Assembly: GCA_964016885.1 (NCBI GenBank)
Contig: OZ024744.1
Location: 57,846,001-57,910,000 of the forward strand
Length of the DNA: 64,000 nt
Reading direction: 5' to 3'
Source: Eledone cirrhosa
Lineage: Eukaryota
Positions 10,901 through 25,900 of the stretch are shown here, piece after piece; position 1 is the stretch's first letter; every line of letters begins with the position of its first letter. The notes below the pieces were generated by a model that made no database searches, was not told the DNA's origin, and saw only the letters and a list, made by a program, of their open reading frames with translations. Made by a program: the position numbers and the translations under genes.

Positions 10901-13900
10901 CATACTAACCAGCTCATATATCCCTTACTAACCAACTCATATATCCCCTACTAACCAGTTCATAGATCCCCTACTAACCAGCTCATATATCCCATACTAA
11001 CCACCACATCTATCCCCTACTAACTAGGTTATATATCCCTTAATAACCAGCTCAAATAACCCTTACGAATCAGCTCATATATCCCTTACTAACCAGCTCA
11101 TATATCCCCTACTAAGCAGTTCATATATCCCCTACTAACCAGTCATATATCCCTTACTAACCAGCTCAGATACCCCCTACTAACCAGCTCATATAATCCC
11201 TACTAACCAGCTCATATAACCCCTACTAATCACCTTGTATATCAATTACTAACCTGCTCATATATCCCCTACTAACCAGCTCTTCTATCCCCTACTAGCC
11301 AGCTCATATATCCCTTACTAACCAGGTAGTATATCCTCTACTAACCAGCTCATATATCCCTTACTAACCAGTTCATATATCCCCTACTAACCAGCTCATA
11401 TAACCACTACTAGCCAGCTGATATATCCCCTAATAACCTGCTCATATATCCCCTGCTAACCAGCTCATCTATCCCCTAAAAACCAGCTCATCTATACACT
11501 ACTAACCAGTTCATCTATCCCCTAATGATCAGCGCATATATCCCCTACTAACCAGCTCATATATCACCTACTAACTAGCTGATATATCCCCTAATAACCA
11601 GCTCATATATCCCCTGCTAACCAGCTCATCTATCCCCTAATAACCAGCTCATATATCTACTACTAACCAGCTCATCTATCCCTTACTAACAAGTTCATAT
11701 ATCCCCAACTAACCAGTTCATCTACGCCCTACATACCAGTTCATATATCCCCTACTAACCAGCTTATATATCCCCTACTATCCAGCTCATCTATACCCTA
11801 CTAACTAGTTCATATATCTCCAACTAACCAGCTCATATATCCTGTACTAACCAGCTCACATATCCCCTACTAACCAGCTCATATATCCCCTACTAACCAG
11901 CTCATATACCCCCTACTAACCAGCTCATCTATCCCCTACTACCCAGCTCATCTATCCCCTACTAAGCAGCTCATCTATCCCCTATTAACCAGCGCATATA
12001 TGCTCTTCTAACCAGCTTATATATCACCTACTAACTAGCACATATATCCCCTTCTAACCAGCACATATATCCCATACTAACCAGCTCATATATCCCTTAC
12101 TAACCAGCTCACATATCCTGTACTAACCAGCTCATACACCCCCTACTAACAACTACTAACCACTACATATATCTCCTACTAACCAGCTCATATATCCCTT
12201 ACTAACCAGCTCATATATCCCTTACTAAGCACCTCATATATCCCTTACTAACCAGCTCATATATCCCTTACTTACCAGCTCATATATCCCCTACTAACCA
12301 GTTCATATATCCCCTATTAACCAGCTCATATATTCCCTACTAACCAGCACATCTATCCCCTACTAACCAGGTTATATATCCCTTACTAACCATCTCATAT
12401 ATCCCTTACTAACCAGCTCATATATCCTTTACTAACCAGCTCATCTATCCTCTACTAACCAGGTTATATATCCCTTACTAACTAGCTCATATATCCCTTA
12501 CGAATCATCTCATATATCCCTTACTAACCAGCTCATATATCCCCTACTGAGCAGTTCATATATCCCCTACTAACCAGCTCGACTATCCCTTACTAGCCAG
12601 TAATATATCCCTTACTAACCAGGTCAGATACCCCCTACTAACCAGCTCATATAATCCCTACTAACCAGCTCATATAACCCCTACTAACGAGCTTATATAT
12701 CACCTACTAACCTGCTCATATATCCACTACTAACCAGCTCATCTATCCCCTACTAGCCAGCTCATATATCCCTTACTAACCAGTTCATATATCCCCTAAT
12801 AACCAGCTCATATATCCCCTATTAACCAGCTCATCTATCCCCTACTAACCAGCTTATATATCCCTTGCTAAACAGGTTATATATCCCCTACTAAGCAGAT
12901 CAACTCTCCCATACGAACCAGTTCATATATCCCCTACTAACCAGCTCATATATCCCCTACGAGCCAGCTCATATATATCCCCTACTAACCAGCTCATGTA
13001 TCCTCTGCTAACCAGCTCAACTATCCTCTAATAACCAGCTCATCTATCTCCTACTTACCAGTTCATCTATCCCCTAATAACCAATTCATCTATCCCCTAA
13101 CAACCAGGTAATATATCCCCTACTAACCAGCTCATATACCCTTACTAAACAGCTCATATATCCCCTACTAACCAGCTTATATATCCCCTACTAACCAGCT
13201 CATATATCCCTTACTAACTAGCTCACATAACCCCTACTAACCAGCTCTTATATACCCTAGTAACCAGCTCATCTATCCCCTACAAACCAGGTTATATATC
13301 CCTTACTAACCAGCTCCTATATCCCTTACTAACCAGCTCATCTACCCTCTACTAACCAGTTCATATATCCCCTACTAACCAGCTCATATATCCTCTCCTA
13401 ACCAGCTCATATATCCGTTACTAACCACCTCATATATACCTTACTAATCAGCTCATATATCCCCTAATAATCAGCTCGTATATCCTCTACTAACAGGTTC
13501 ATATATCCCCTACTAACCAGCTCATATATCCCCTACTAACCAGCTCGTCTACCCCTACTAACAAGGTTATATATCCCTTACTAACCAGCTCATATATCCA
13601 CTAGTAACCATATCATATATCCCCTGCTAACCAGCTGATATATTCCATACTAACCAGTTCATATATCCACTATTAACGAGGTCATACGTCCCCTACTAAC
13701 CAGCTTATATATCAGCTATTAACCATCTCATATATCCCCTACTAACCAGCTATTATATCCCCTACTAACCAGCACATATATGCCCTACTAACCAGCTCAT
13801 ATATCTCCTACTAACCAGCTCATACACCCTACTAAACAGCTCATATATCCCCTACTAACCAGCTTATATATCCCCTGCTAACCAGCTCATATATCCCATA

Positions 13901-16900
13901 CTAACCAGCTCATATATCCCCTACTTACCAGCTCATATATCCCTTACTAACCAGCTCACCTATCCCCTACTTACCAGCTCATATATCCCTTACGAACCAG
14001 CTCACCTATCCCCTACTAACCAGCTCATATATCCCCTACTAACTAGCTCATCTATACCCTACTAACCAGTTCATATATCTCCTACTAACCAGCTCATATA
14101 TACCCTGCTAACCAGCTCATATATCCCTTACTAACCAGCTCACATATCCTGTACTAACCAGCTCATACACCCCTACTAACCACTACTAACCAATTCATAT
14201 ATCCCCTATTAACCATCACATATATCCCCTACTAAGCATATTATCTATCCCCTACTAACCAGTTCATATATCTCCTACTAACCAGCTCATATATCCCCTA
14301 CTAACCAGTTCACATATCCCCTACTAACCAACTCATATATCCCCTACTAACCAGCACATCTATCCCCTACTAACCAGGTTATATATCCCTTACTAACCAG
14401 CTCATATATCCCCCGCTAACCAACTTATATATCACATATTAACCAGCTCATATATCCCCTATTAACCAGCTCATCTATCCCCTACTAACCATCTCATATA
14501 TCCCTTGCTAACCAGGTTATATATCCCCTACTAAGCAGCTCAACTATCCCATACGAACCAGTTCATATATCCCCTACTAACCAGCTCATGTATCCCCTGC
14601 TAACCAGCTCAACTATCCCCTAATAACCAGCTCATCTATACCCTAATTACCAGTTCATCTATCCCCTACTAACCAATTCATCTATCCCCTAATAATCAGG
14701 TCATATATCCCCTACTAACCAGCTCATATACCCTCACTAAACAGCTCATATATCCCCTACTAACCAGCTCATATATCCCCTACTAACCAGCTCACATAAC
14801 CCCTACTAACCAGCTCTTATATAGCCTACTAACCAGCTCATCTATCCCCTACTAACCAGGTTATATATCCCTTACTAACAAGCTCATATACCCTCACTAA
14901 CCAGTTCATATATGCCCTACTAACCAGTTCATATATCCCCTACTGACCAGCTCATATATCCTCTACTAACCAGCTCATATATTTCCATCTAGTTAGCACT
15001 TATACCCCCTACTAACCAACTCATACACACCCTACTAACTACTAGTAACCAGCTCATATATCCCCTACTAGCCAGCTCATATATCCCCTACTAATCAGCT
15101 CATATATCCACTACTAACCAGTTCATATATCCCCTACTAACCAGCTCATATATCCCCTACTAACCAGCTCATCTACACCAATTAACCAGGTTATATATCC
15201 CTTACTAACCAGCTCATATATCCACTAGTAAACATATCATATATCCCCTGCTAACCAGCTGATATATTCCATACTAACCAGTTCATATATCCACTATTAA
15301 CGAGGTCATACATCCCCTACTAACCAGCTTATATATCAGCTATTAACCAGCTCATATATCCCCTACTAACCAGCTATTATATCCCCTACTAACCAGCACA
15401 TATATGCCCTACTAACCAGCTCATATATCCCCTACTAACCAGCTCATATACCCTACTAAACAGCTCATATATCGCCTACTAACCAGCTCATATATCCCAT
15501 ACTACCCAGCTCATATATCCCCTACTAACCACCTCATATATACCCGACTAACCAGCTCATATATCCCTTACTAACCAGCTCAGATATCCTGTACTAACCA
15601 GCTCATACACCCTACTAACCACTACTATCCATTTCATATATCCCCTACTAACCATCTCATATATCCCCTACTAAGCACCTTATCTATCCCCTACTAACCA
15701 GTTCATATATCTCCTACTAACCCGCTCATATATCCCCTACTAACCAGATCATATATCCCTTACTAACCAGCTCATATATCCCCTACTAACCAGTTCACAT
15801 ATCCCCTACTAACCAGCTCATATATCCCCTACTAACCAGCACATCTATCCCTTACTAACCAGGTTATATATTCCTTACTAACCTGCTCATATATCCCTTA
15901 CTATCCAGCTCATATATCCCTTACTAACCAGCTCATATATCCCCCACTAAACAGCTCATATATCCCTTACTAACCAGCTCATATATCCCCTACTAACCAG
16001 CAATTATAACCCCTACTAACCAGGTTATATATCACATATTAACCAGCTTATATATCCCCTATTGACCAGCTCATCTATCCCCTACTAACCAGCTTATATA
16101 TCCTTGCTAACCAGGTTATATATCCCCTACTAAACAGCTCAACTATCCCATACGAACCAGTTCATATATCCCCTACTATCCAGCTCATATATCCACTACG
16201 AGCCAGCTCATATATATCCCCTACTAACAAAGCTCATGTATCCCCTGCTAACCAGCTCAACTATCCTCTAATAACCAGCTCATCTATCCCCTACTTACCA
16301 GTTCTTCTATCCCCTATTAACAAATTCATCTATACCCTAATAACCAGGTCATATATCCCCTACTAACTAGCTTATACATCCCCTACTAACCAGCTCATAT
16401 ATCCCTTACTAACAAGCTCACATAACCCCTACTAACCAGCTCATCTATCCCCTACTAACCAGGTTATATATCCCTTACTAACCAGCTCATATATCCCTTA
16501 CTAACCAGCTCATCTACACCCTACTAACCAGTTCATATATCCCCTACTAACCAACTCATATATGCCCTACTAACCAGTTCATATATCCCCTACTAACCAG
16601 CTCATATATCCTCTACTAACCAGCTCATATATCTCCATCTAGTTAGCACTTATACCCCCTACTAACCAACTCATACACACCCTATTAACCACTAGTAACC
16701 AGCTCATGAATCCCCTACTAACCAGCTCATATATCCCCTCCTAACCAGCTCATATATCCTTTACTAACCACCTCATAATTACCTTACTAATCAGCTCATA
16801 TATGCCCTACTAATCAGCTCATATATCCCCAACTAACCAGCTCATATACCCTACTAAACAGCTCATATATCCCCTACTAACCAGCTTATATATCCCCTAC

Positions 16901-19900
16901 TAACCAGCTCATATATCCCATACTAACCAGTTCATATATCGCCTACTAACCAGCTCATATATCCCATACTAACCAGCTCATATATCCCCTACTTACCAGC
17001 TCATATATCCCTTACTAACCAGCTCACCTATCCCCTACTAACCAGCTCATATATCCCCTACTAACTAGCTCATCTATAGCCTACTAACCAGTTCATATAT
17101 CCCCCAATAACCAGCTTATATATCCCGTACAAACCAGCTCACATATCCCCTACTAACCAGCTCAAATATCCCCTACTAACCAGCTCATATATCTCCTACT
17201 AACCAGCTCATATACCTCCTACTAACCAGCTCATACAGCCCCTACTAACCACTACTAACCAGCTCATATATCCCTTACAAATAAGCTCATATATCCCCTA
17301 TTAACCACCTCATATAGCTCCTCTTAACCAGTTCATATAACCCCTTCTAACCAGCTCACATATCCCTTACTAACCAGCTCATATAAACCCTACTAACGAA
17401 CTCATATACCCCCTACTAATTAGCTCATCTATCCCCTACTAACCATTTCATCTATCCCAACTACCCAGCTCATCTATCCCCTACTAACCATCACATCTAT
17501 CCCCTACTACCCAGCTCATCTATCCAATACTAAGCAGCTCATCTATCTTCTACTAACCAGCTCATATATCTCTTACAAACCAGGTAGTATATCCTCTACT
17601 AACCAGCTCATATATCCGATACTAACCAGTTCATATATTGCCTACTAACCAGCTCATATATCCCATACTAACCAGTTCATATATCCTCTAAGAACCAGCT
17701 CATATATCCCCTACTAGCCAGCTCATATATCCCCTACTGACCAGCTCATATATCTACTGCTAACCAGCTCAACTATCACCTAATAACCAGCTCATCTATC
17801 CTCTAAAAACCAGTTCATCTATCCCCTAACAACCAGCTAATATATGCCCTACTAAACAGCTATTATATCCCCTAACCAGCACATATATGTACTACTAACC
17901 AACTCATATATCCCTGACTAACCAGCTCATATACCCTACTAAAAATCTCATATATCGCCTACTAACCAGCTTATATATCCTTTACTACCCAGCTCATATA
18001 TCCCTTATTAACCAGGTCATATATCCCCTCGTAACCAGCTCATATATCCCCTACAAACCAGCTCATCTATCCCCTACTAACCATCTCATACAGCCCCTAC
18101 GAACCAATACTAACCAGCTCATATATCCGCTACTAACCAGCTCATATATCCCCTACTAACCAGCTCATATATACCCTACTGACTAGCTCATCTATCCCCT
18201 ATTAACCAGGATATATATCCCTTACTAACCAGATCATATATCCCTTACTAACCAGCTCATATATCCCCTACTAACTAGTTCATATATCCCCAATTAGCCT
18301 GTTCATCTATGCCCTACTAACCAGCTCATGTATCCCCTACTAACCAGCTCCTCTATCACCTACTAACGAAATTATATATCCCCTACTAATAGCTCATATA
18401 TCCCTTACTAACCAGTCATATATCCCTTACTAACCAGCTCAGATACCACCTACTAACCAGCTCATATATCCCCTACTAACCAGCTCATATAACCCCTACT
18501 AACCAGCTTATATATCATCTACTATCTAGCTTATATATACCCTACTAAGCAGCACATATATCCCATACTAACCAGTTCATATATCCCCTAATAACCAGCT
18601 CATCTATCTCTTACTAACAAGTTCATATATCCCCAACTAACCAGTTCATCTACGCCCTACATACCAGTTCATATGTCCCCTACTAACCATCTTCTATATC
18701 CCCTACTAACCAGCTCATCTATACCCTACTAACCAGTTCATATATCGTCAACTAAGCAGCTCATATATCCCCTATTAACCAGCTCATATATCCCTTACTA
18801 ACCAGCTCGCATATCCCCTACTAACCAGCTCATATATCCCCTACTAACCAACTCATATATCTCCTTCTAACCAGCTCATATACCTACTACTAACCAGCTC
18901 ATACAGCCCCTACGAACCACTACTAACCAGCACATATATCCCTTACAAGTAAGCTCATATATCCCCTACTAACCAGCTCATATATCCCCTACTAACCAGT
19001 TCATATAGCCCCTACTAACCAGCTCATATATCCCCTAATAACCAGCTCATATATCTCCTTCTAAACAGCTCATATACCCCCTACTAACCAGCTCAAAAAG
19101 CCTCTATTAACCACTAGTAACCAGCTAATATATCCCATACTAACCAGTTCATATATCCCCTACTAACCAGCTCATATAACCCCTACTAACCAGCTTATTT
19201 ATCACATATTAAATAGCTCATATATCCTCTAATAACCAGCTCATATATCACCAACTAAACAGCTCATATATGCCCTACTAACCAGGTCATATATCCCCTA
19301 CTAACCAGCTCATATACCCTTACTAAACAGCTCATACATCCCCTACAACCTGCTTATCTATACCCTACTAACCAGCTCGTATATCCCTTACTAACCAGGT
19401 TATATATCCCCTATTAACCACCGCATATATCACCTACTAACCAGTTTGTATAACCCTTTCTAACCAGCTCATACATCCCTTACTAACCAGCTCATATATC
19501 CCCTACTATCCAACTCATATACCCCCTAATAACCAGCTCATATATCCCCTACTAAGCAGCTCATCTATCCACTACAAACCAGCTCATCTATCCTCTACTA
19601 ACCGGCTCATATATCTCTTAAAAACCAGGTAGTATATCCCCTACTAACGAGATTATGTATCTCCTACTAACCAGCTCATCTATCCTCTACTAACCACCTC
19701 ATATATCCCTTACTAACCAGGTAGTATATCGCCTACTAACCAGCTCATATATCCCAATCTAACCAGTTCATATATTCCCTAATAACCAGCTCATATATCC
19801 CCTACTAGCCAGCTCATATATCCCCTACTAACCAGCTCATATATCCACTGCTAACCAGCTCAACTATTCCCTATTAACCAGCTCATCTATCCCCTAAAAA

Positions 19901-22900
19901 TCAGTTCATCGATCCCCTACTAACCAGCTCATATATCCCCTACTAACCAGCTCATATACCCTTACTAAACAGATCATATATCCCCTACTAATCAGCTTAT
20001 ATATATCCCCTACTAACCAGCTCATATATACCCTAGTAACCAGTTCATCTATCCCCTACTAACCAGGTTATATATCCCTTACTTACCAGCTCATATATCA
20101 CTTACTAACCAGCTCATATATCCCCTACTGACCAGTTCATATATCCCCAACTAGCCTGTTCATCTATGCCCTACTAACTAGCTCATATATCCCCTACTAA
20201 CCAGCTCATATACCCACTACTAACCAGCTCATCTAAACCTTAATAACCATTTCATATATCCCCTACTAACCAGCTCATATATGCCCTACTAACCAGTTCA
20301 TATATCCCCTACTAACCAGCTCATATATCCTCTACTAACCAGCTCATATATCTCCTTCTAACCAGCTCTTATAACCCCTACTAACCAGCTTATATATCCC
20401 CTAGTAACCACCTCATATATCCTTTACTAACCACCTCATATATAGCTTACTAATAAGCTGATATATCCCCTATTAACCAGCTCATATATCCCCTACTAAC
20501 CAGCTCATATATCCCCTACTAACCAGCTCATCTATTCCCTACTAACCAGCTCATCATATATCACCTACTAACAAGCTTATATATCCCATACTAACCAGCA
20601 AATAAATCACGTACTAACCAGTTCATATATCCCCTACTAACCAGCTCATATATCCACTACTAACCAGCTCATCTATCCCATAATAACCAGTTGATATATC
20701 CCCAACTAACCAGTTCATCTACGCCCTACATACTAGTTCATATATCCCCTACTAACCAGTTCATATATCCCCAACTAACCAGCTCATATATCCCCTACAA
20801 ACCAGCTCATATTTTCAATTACTGAACGGCTCACATATCCCCTACTAACCAGCTCAGATATCCCCTACTAACCTGCTCATATATCTCCTTCTAAATAGCT
20901 CATATAGCCCCTAATAACCAGCTCATACAGCCTCTGTTAACCACTAGTAAACAGCTCATATATCCCATACTAACCAGTTCATATATCCCCTACTAACCAG
21001 CTCATATATCCCCTACTAACCAGCTCATATATCCCCTACTAACCAGCTCATATACCCTTAATAAACAGCTTATATATCCCCTACTAACCAGCTTATATAT
21101 CCCCTACTAACCAGCTCATATATCCCTTATTAACCAGGTCATATATCCCCTACTAACCAAGCCATATATCCCCTACGAACCAGCTCATCTATCACGTACT
21201 AACCAGCTCATATATCTCCTTCTAACCAGCTCAGATACCCCCTTCTAACCAGCTCATACGCCTACTAACCACTGCTAACCAGTTCATATATCCCCTACTA
21301 ACTAGCTCATATATCGCCTACTGACCAGCTCATCATTCCCCTACTAACCAGCTCATATATCCCTTACTAACCAGTTCATATATCCCCTACTAACCAGATA
21401 ATCTATCCCCTACTAACCAGGTTATATATCCCTTACTAACCAGCTCCTATATCCCTTAATAAACAGCTCATATATCCCCTACTAACCAGTTCATATATCC
21501 CCAACTAGCCTGTTCATCTATGCCCTACTAACCAGCTCATATATCCCCTACTTACCAGCTCATCTATCACCTACTAACGAGATTATATATCCCCTTACTA
21601 ACCAGCACAGATACCACCTACTAACCAGCTCATATATCCCATACTAACCAGCTCATATAACCCCTACTAACCAGCTTATATATCACCTACTAACTAGCTT
21701 ATATATGCCCTACTAACCAGCACGTATATCCCATACTAACCGGTTCATATATCCCCTACTAACCAGCTCATATATCCACTACGAACCAGCTCATCTATTC
21801 CTTACTAACAAGTTCATATTTCCCCAAATAACCAGTTCATCTACGCCCTACATACCAGTTCATATATCCCCTACTAACCAGCTTATATATCCCCTACTAA
21901 ACAGTTCATCTATACCCTACTAACCAGTTCATATATCCCCAAATAACCAGCTCATATATCCCCTACTAACCAGCTCATATATCCCTTACTAACCAGATCA
22001 CATATCCACTACTAACCAGCTCATATATCCCCTACTAACCAGCTCATATATCTCCTACTAACCAGCTCATATACCTCCTACTAACCAGCTCATACAGCGC
22101 CTACTAACCACTACTAGCCAGCTCATATATCCCTTACTAACCAGCTCATATATCCCCTACTAACCAGCTCATATATCCCCTACTAACCAGCTCATATATC
22201 CCCTACTAACCAGCTCATATATCTCCTACTAATCAGTTCATATAACCCCTTCTAACCAGCTCATCTATCCCCTACTAATCAGCTCATCTATCCCCTACTA
22301 CCCAGCTCATCTATCCACTACTAACCAGCTCATCTATCCTTTACTAACCAGCTCATATATCTCTTACAGACCATGTAGTATATCCCCTACAAACCAGCTC
22401 ATATATCCCATACTAACCAGTTCATATATCCCCTACTAACCAGCTCATATATCCCCTACTAACCAGCTCATATATCCCCTACTAACCAGCTCATCTATCC
22501 TCTACTAACCAGCTCATATATCCCTTACTAACCAGGTAGTATATCCTCTAATAACCAGCTCATATATCCCCGACTAGCCAGCTCATATTATCCCCTACAA
22601 ACCAGCTCATATATCCACTGCTAACCAGCTCAACTATCACCTAATAACCAGCTCATATATCCCCTACTCACCAGTTCATCTATCCACTAATAACCAGCTC
22701 ATATACCCTTACTAAACAGCTCATATATCCCCTACTAACTGGCTTATATATCCCCTACTAACCAGCTCATATATCCCTTATTAACTAGGTCATATATCCC
22801 CTACTAACCAGCTCATATATCCCTTACTAACCAGCTCACATATACCATACTAACCAGCTCATACATACGCTACTAACCAGCTTATCTATCCCATACTAAC

Positions 22901-25900
22901 CAGGTTATATATCCCTTACTAACCAGCTCATATATCCCATACTAACCAGCTCATATATCCTTACTAACCACCTCATATATCCCATACTAACCAGCTCATA
23001 TATCCCTTACTAACCAACTCATAGATCCCCAACTTACCAGCTCATATACTCCCTACTAACCAGCTCATCTATACGTTACTAACCAGTTCATATATCCCCT
23101 ACTAACATGCTCATATACACCCTACTAACCGGCTCATATATCCCCTACTAACGAGCTCATATATCTCCTTCTAACCAGCTCTTATACCCCCTACTAACCA
23201 GCTCATATATCCCCTAATAACCAGCTCATGTATCCCCTACTAATCAGCTCATATATCCTTTACTAACCACCTCATATATCCCCACTAACCAGCTCATCAT
23301 ATATCACCTACTAACTAGTCTATATATCCCCTACTAACCAGCACATATATCCCGTACTAACCAGCACATATATCCCCTACTAACCAGTTCATATATCCCC
23401 TACTAACCAGTTCATATATCCCCAACTAGCCTGTTCATCTATGCCCAACTAACCAGTTCATATATCCCGTACTAACCAGCTCATATATCCTCTACAAATC
23501 ATCTTATATATCTCCTTCTAACCAGCTCTTATACCCCCTACTAACCAGCTCATATATCCCCTACTAACCAGCTCATGTATACCCTACTAAACAGCTCATA
23601 TATCCTTTACTAACCACCTCATATTTAGCTTACTAATAAGCTCATATTTCCCCTACTAACCAGCTAATATATCCGCTACTAACCAGTTCATATATCCCCT
23701 ATTAACTGCTCATATACCCCCTACTAACCAGTAGATCTATTCCCTACTAACCAGCTCATCATATATTACCTACTAACTAGCCTATATATCCCCTACTAAC
23801 CAGCACTTATATCCCATATTAACCAGTTCATATATCCCCTACTAACCAGCTCATATATCCACTACTGACCAGCTCATCTATCTCTTACTAACCAGTTCAT
23901 ATATCCCCAACAAACCTGTTCATCGACGCCCTACATAATAGTTCATCTATCCCCTACTAACCAGCTCATATATCCCCTACTAACCGCTTCACATATCCCC
24001 TACTAACCAGCTCATATATCCCCTACTAACCAGCTCATATATCCCTTTCTAATCAGCTCATATACCCCCTACTAACCAGCTCATACAGCCTTTATTGACC
24101 ACTAGTAACCAGCTCATATATTCCATACTAACCAGTTCATATATCCCCTACTAACCAGGTTATATATCCCCTACTAACCAGCTCATATATCCCCTACTAA
24201 CCAGCTCATCTATCCCCTAATAACAAGCTCATATATCCCCTACTAACCAGCTCATATAACCCCTACTAACCAGCTTATATATGACATATTAAATAGCTCA
24301 TATATCCCCTAATAACCAGCTCATATATCCCTAATTAACCAGCTCATATATGCCCTACTAACCAGCTCATATATCCCCTACTAACCAGCTCATATACCCT
24401 TACTAAACAGCTCATATATCCCCTACTAACAAGCTTATATATACCCTACTAAACAGCTCATATAACCCCTACTAAGCAGGTTATAAATCCCCTATTCACA
24501 TATTAAATAGCTCATATACCCCTACTACCAGCTCATCTATCCCGTACTACCCAGCTCATCTATCCTCTACTAACCAACTCATCTATCCTCTACTAACCAG
24601 CTGATATATCTCTTACAAACCAGGTAGTATATCCCCTACTAACCGGTTCATATATCCCCTACTAACCAGCTCATATATCACCGACTAACCAGGTTATATA
24701 TCCCCTACTAACCAGCTCATATATCTCCTAATAACCAGTTAATATAACCCCTTGTAACCAGCTCATATATCCCTTACTAACCAGGTAGTATATCGCCTAC
24801 TAACCACCTCATATATCCCTTACTATCCAGGTAGTATATACCCTAATAATCAGCTCATATATCCCATACTAACCAGTTCATATATCCGCTAATAACCAGC
24901 TCATATATCCCCTACTAGCCAGCTCATATATCCCCCTAATAACCAGCTCATCTATCCCCTACTCACCAGTTCATCTATCCACTAATAACCAGCTATTATA
25001 TCCCCTACTAGCCAGCACATATATGCCCTACTAACCAGCTCATATATCCCCTACAAACCAGCTCATATACCCTTACTAAACAGCTCATATCTCCCCTACT
25101 AACTAGCTTATATAGCCCCTACTAACCAGTTCAATTATCCCTTATTAACAAGGTCTTATATCCCCTACTAACCAGCTCATATATCCCTTACTAAACCAGC
25201 TCACATATACCCTACTAACCAGCTCATCTATCCCCTACTAACCAGGTTATATATCCCTTACTAACCAGCTCTTATACCCCCTACTAACCAGCTCATGTAT
25301 CCCCTACTAACCGGCTCATATATCCTTTACTAACCACCTCATATATCCCCTAATAACCAGCTCATGTATCCCCTACTAACCACCTCTTATATCCCCTACT
25401 AACCAGCTCATCATATATCACCTACTAACTAGCGTATATATCACCTAATAACCAGCACATATATCCCATATTAACCAGGTTATATATCCCTTACTAACCA
25501 GCTCATATATCCCATATTAGCCAGTTCATATATCCCCTACTAACCAGTTCATATATCCCCAACTAGCCTGTTCATCTATGCCCTACTAACCAGTTCATAT
25601 ATCCCCTACTAACCAGCTCATATATCCTCTACAAACCAGCTCATATATATCCTTCTAACCAGCTCATATATCCCCTACTAACCAGCACATATATCCCATA
25701 CTAATCAGTTCATATATCTCCTACTAACCAGCTCATATATCCACTACTAACCAGCTCATATATCCCCTGCTACAGAACCCATCTATCCCCTAATAACCAT
25801 CTCATCTATCCTCTACTAACCAGTTCATCTATCCCCTAATAACCAGTTCATCTATCCCCTAATAACCAGCTCATATATCCCCCTACTAACCATCTCATAT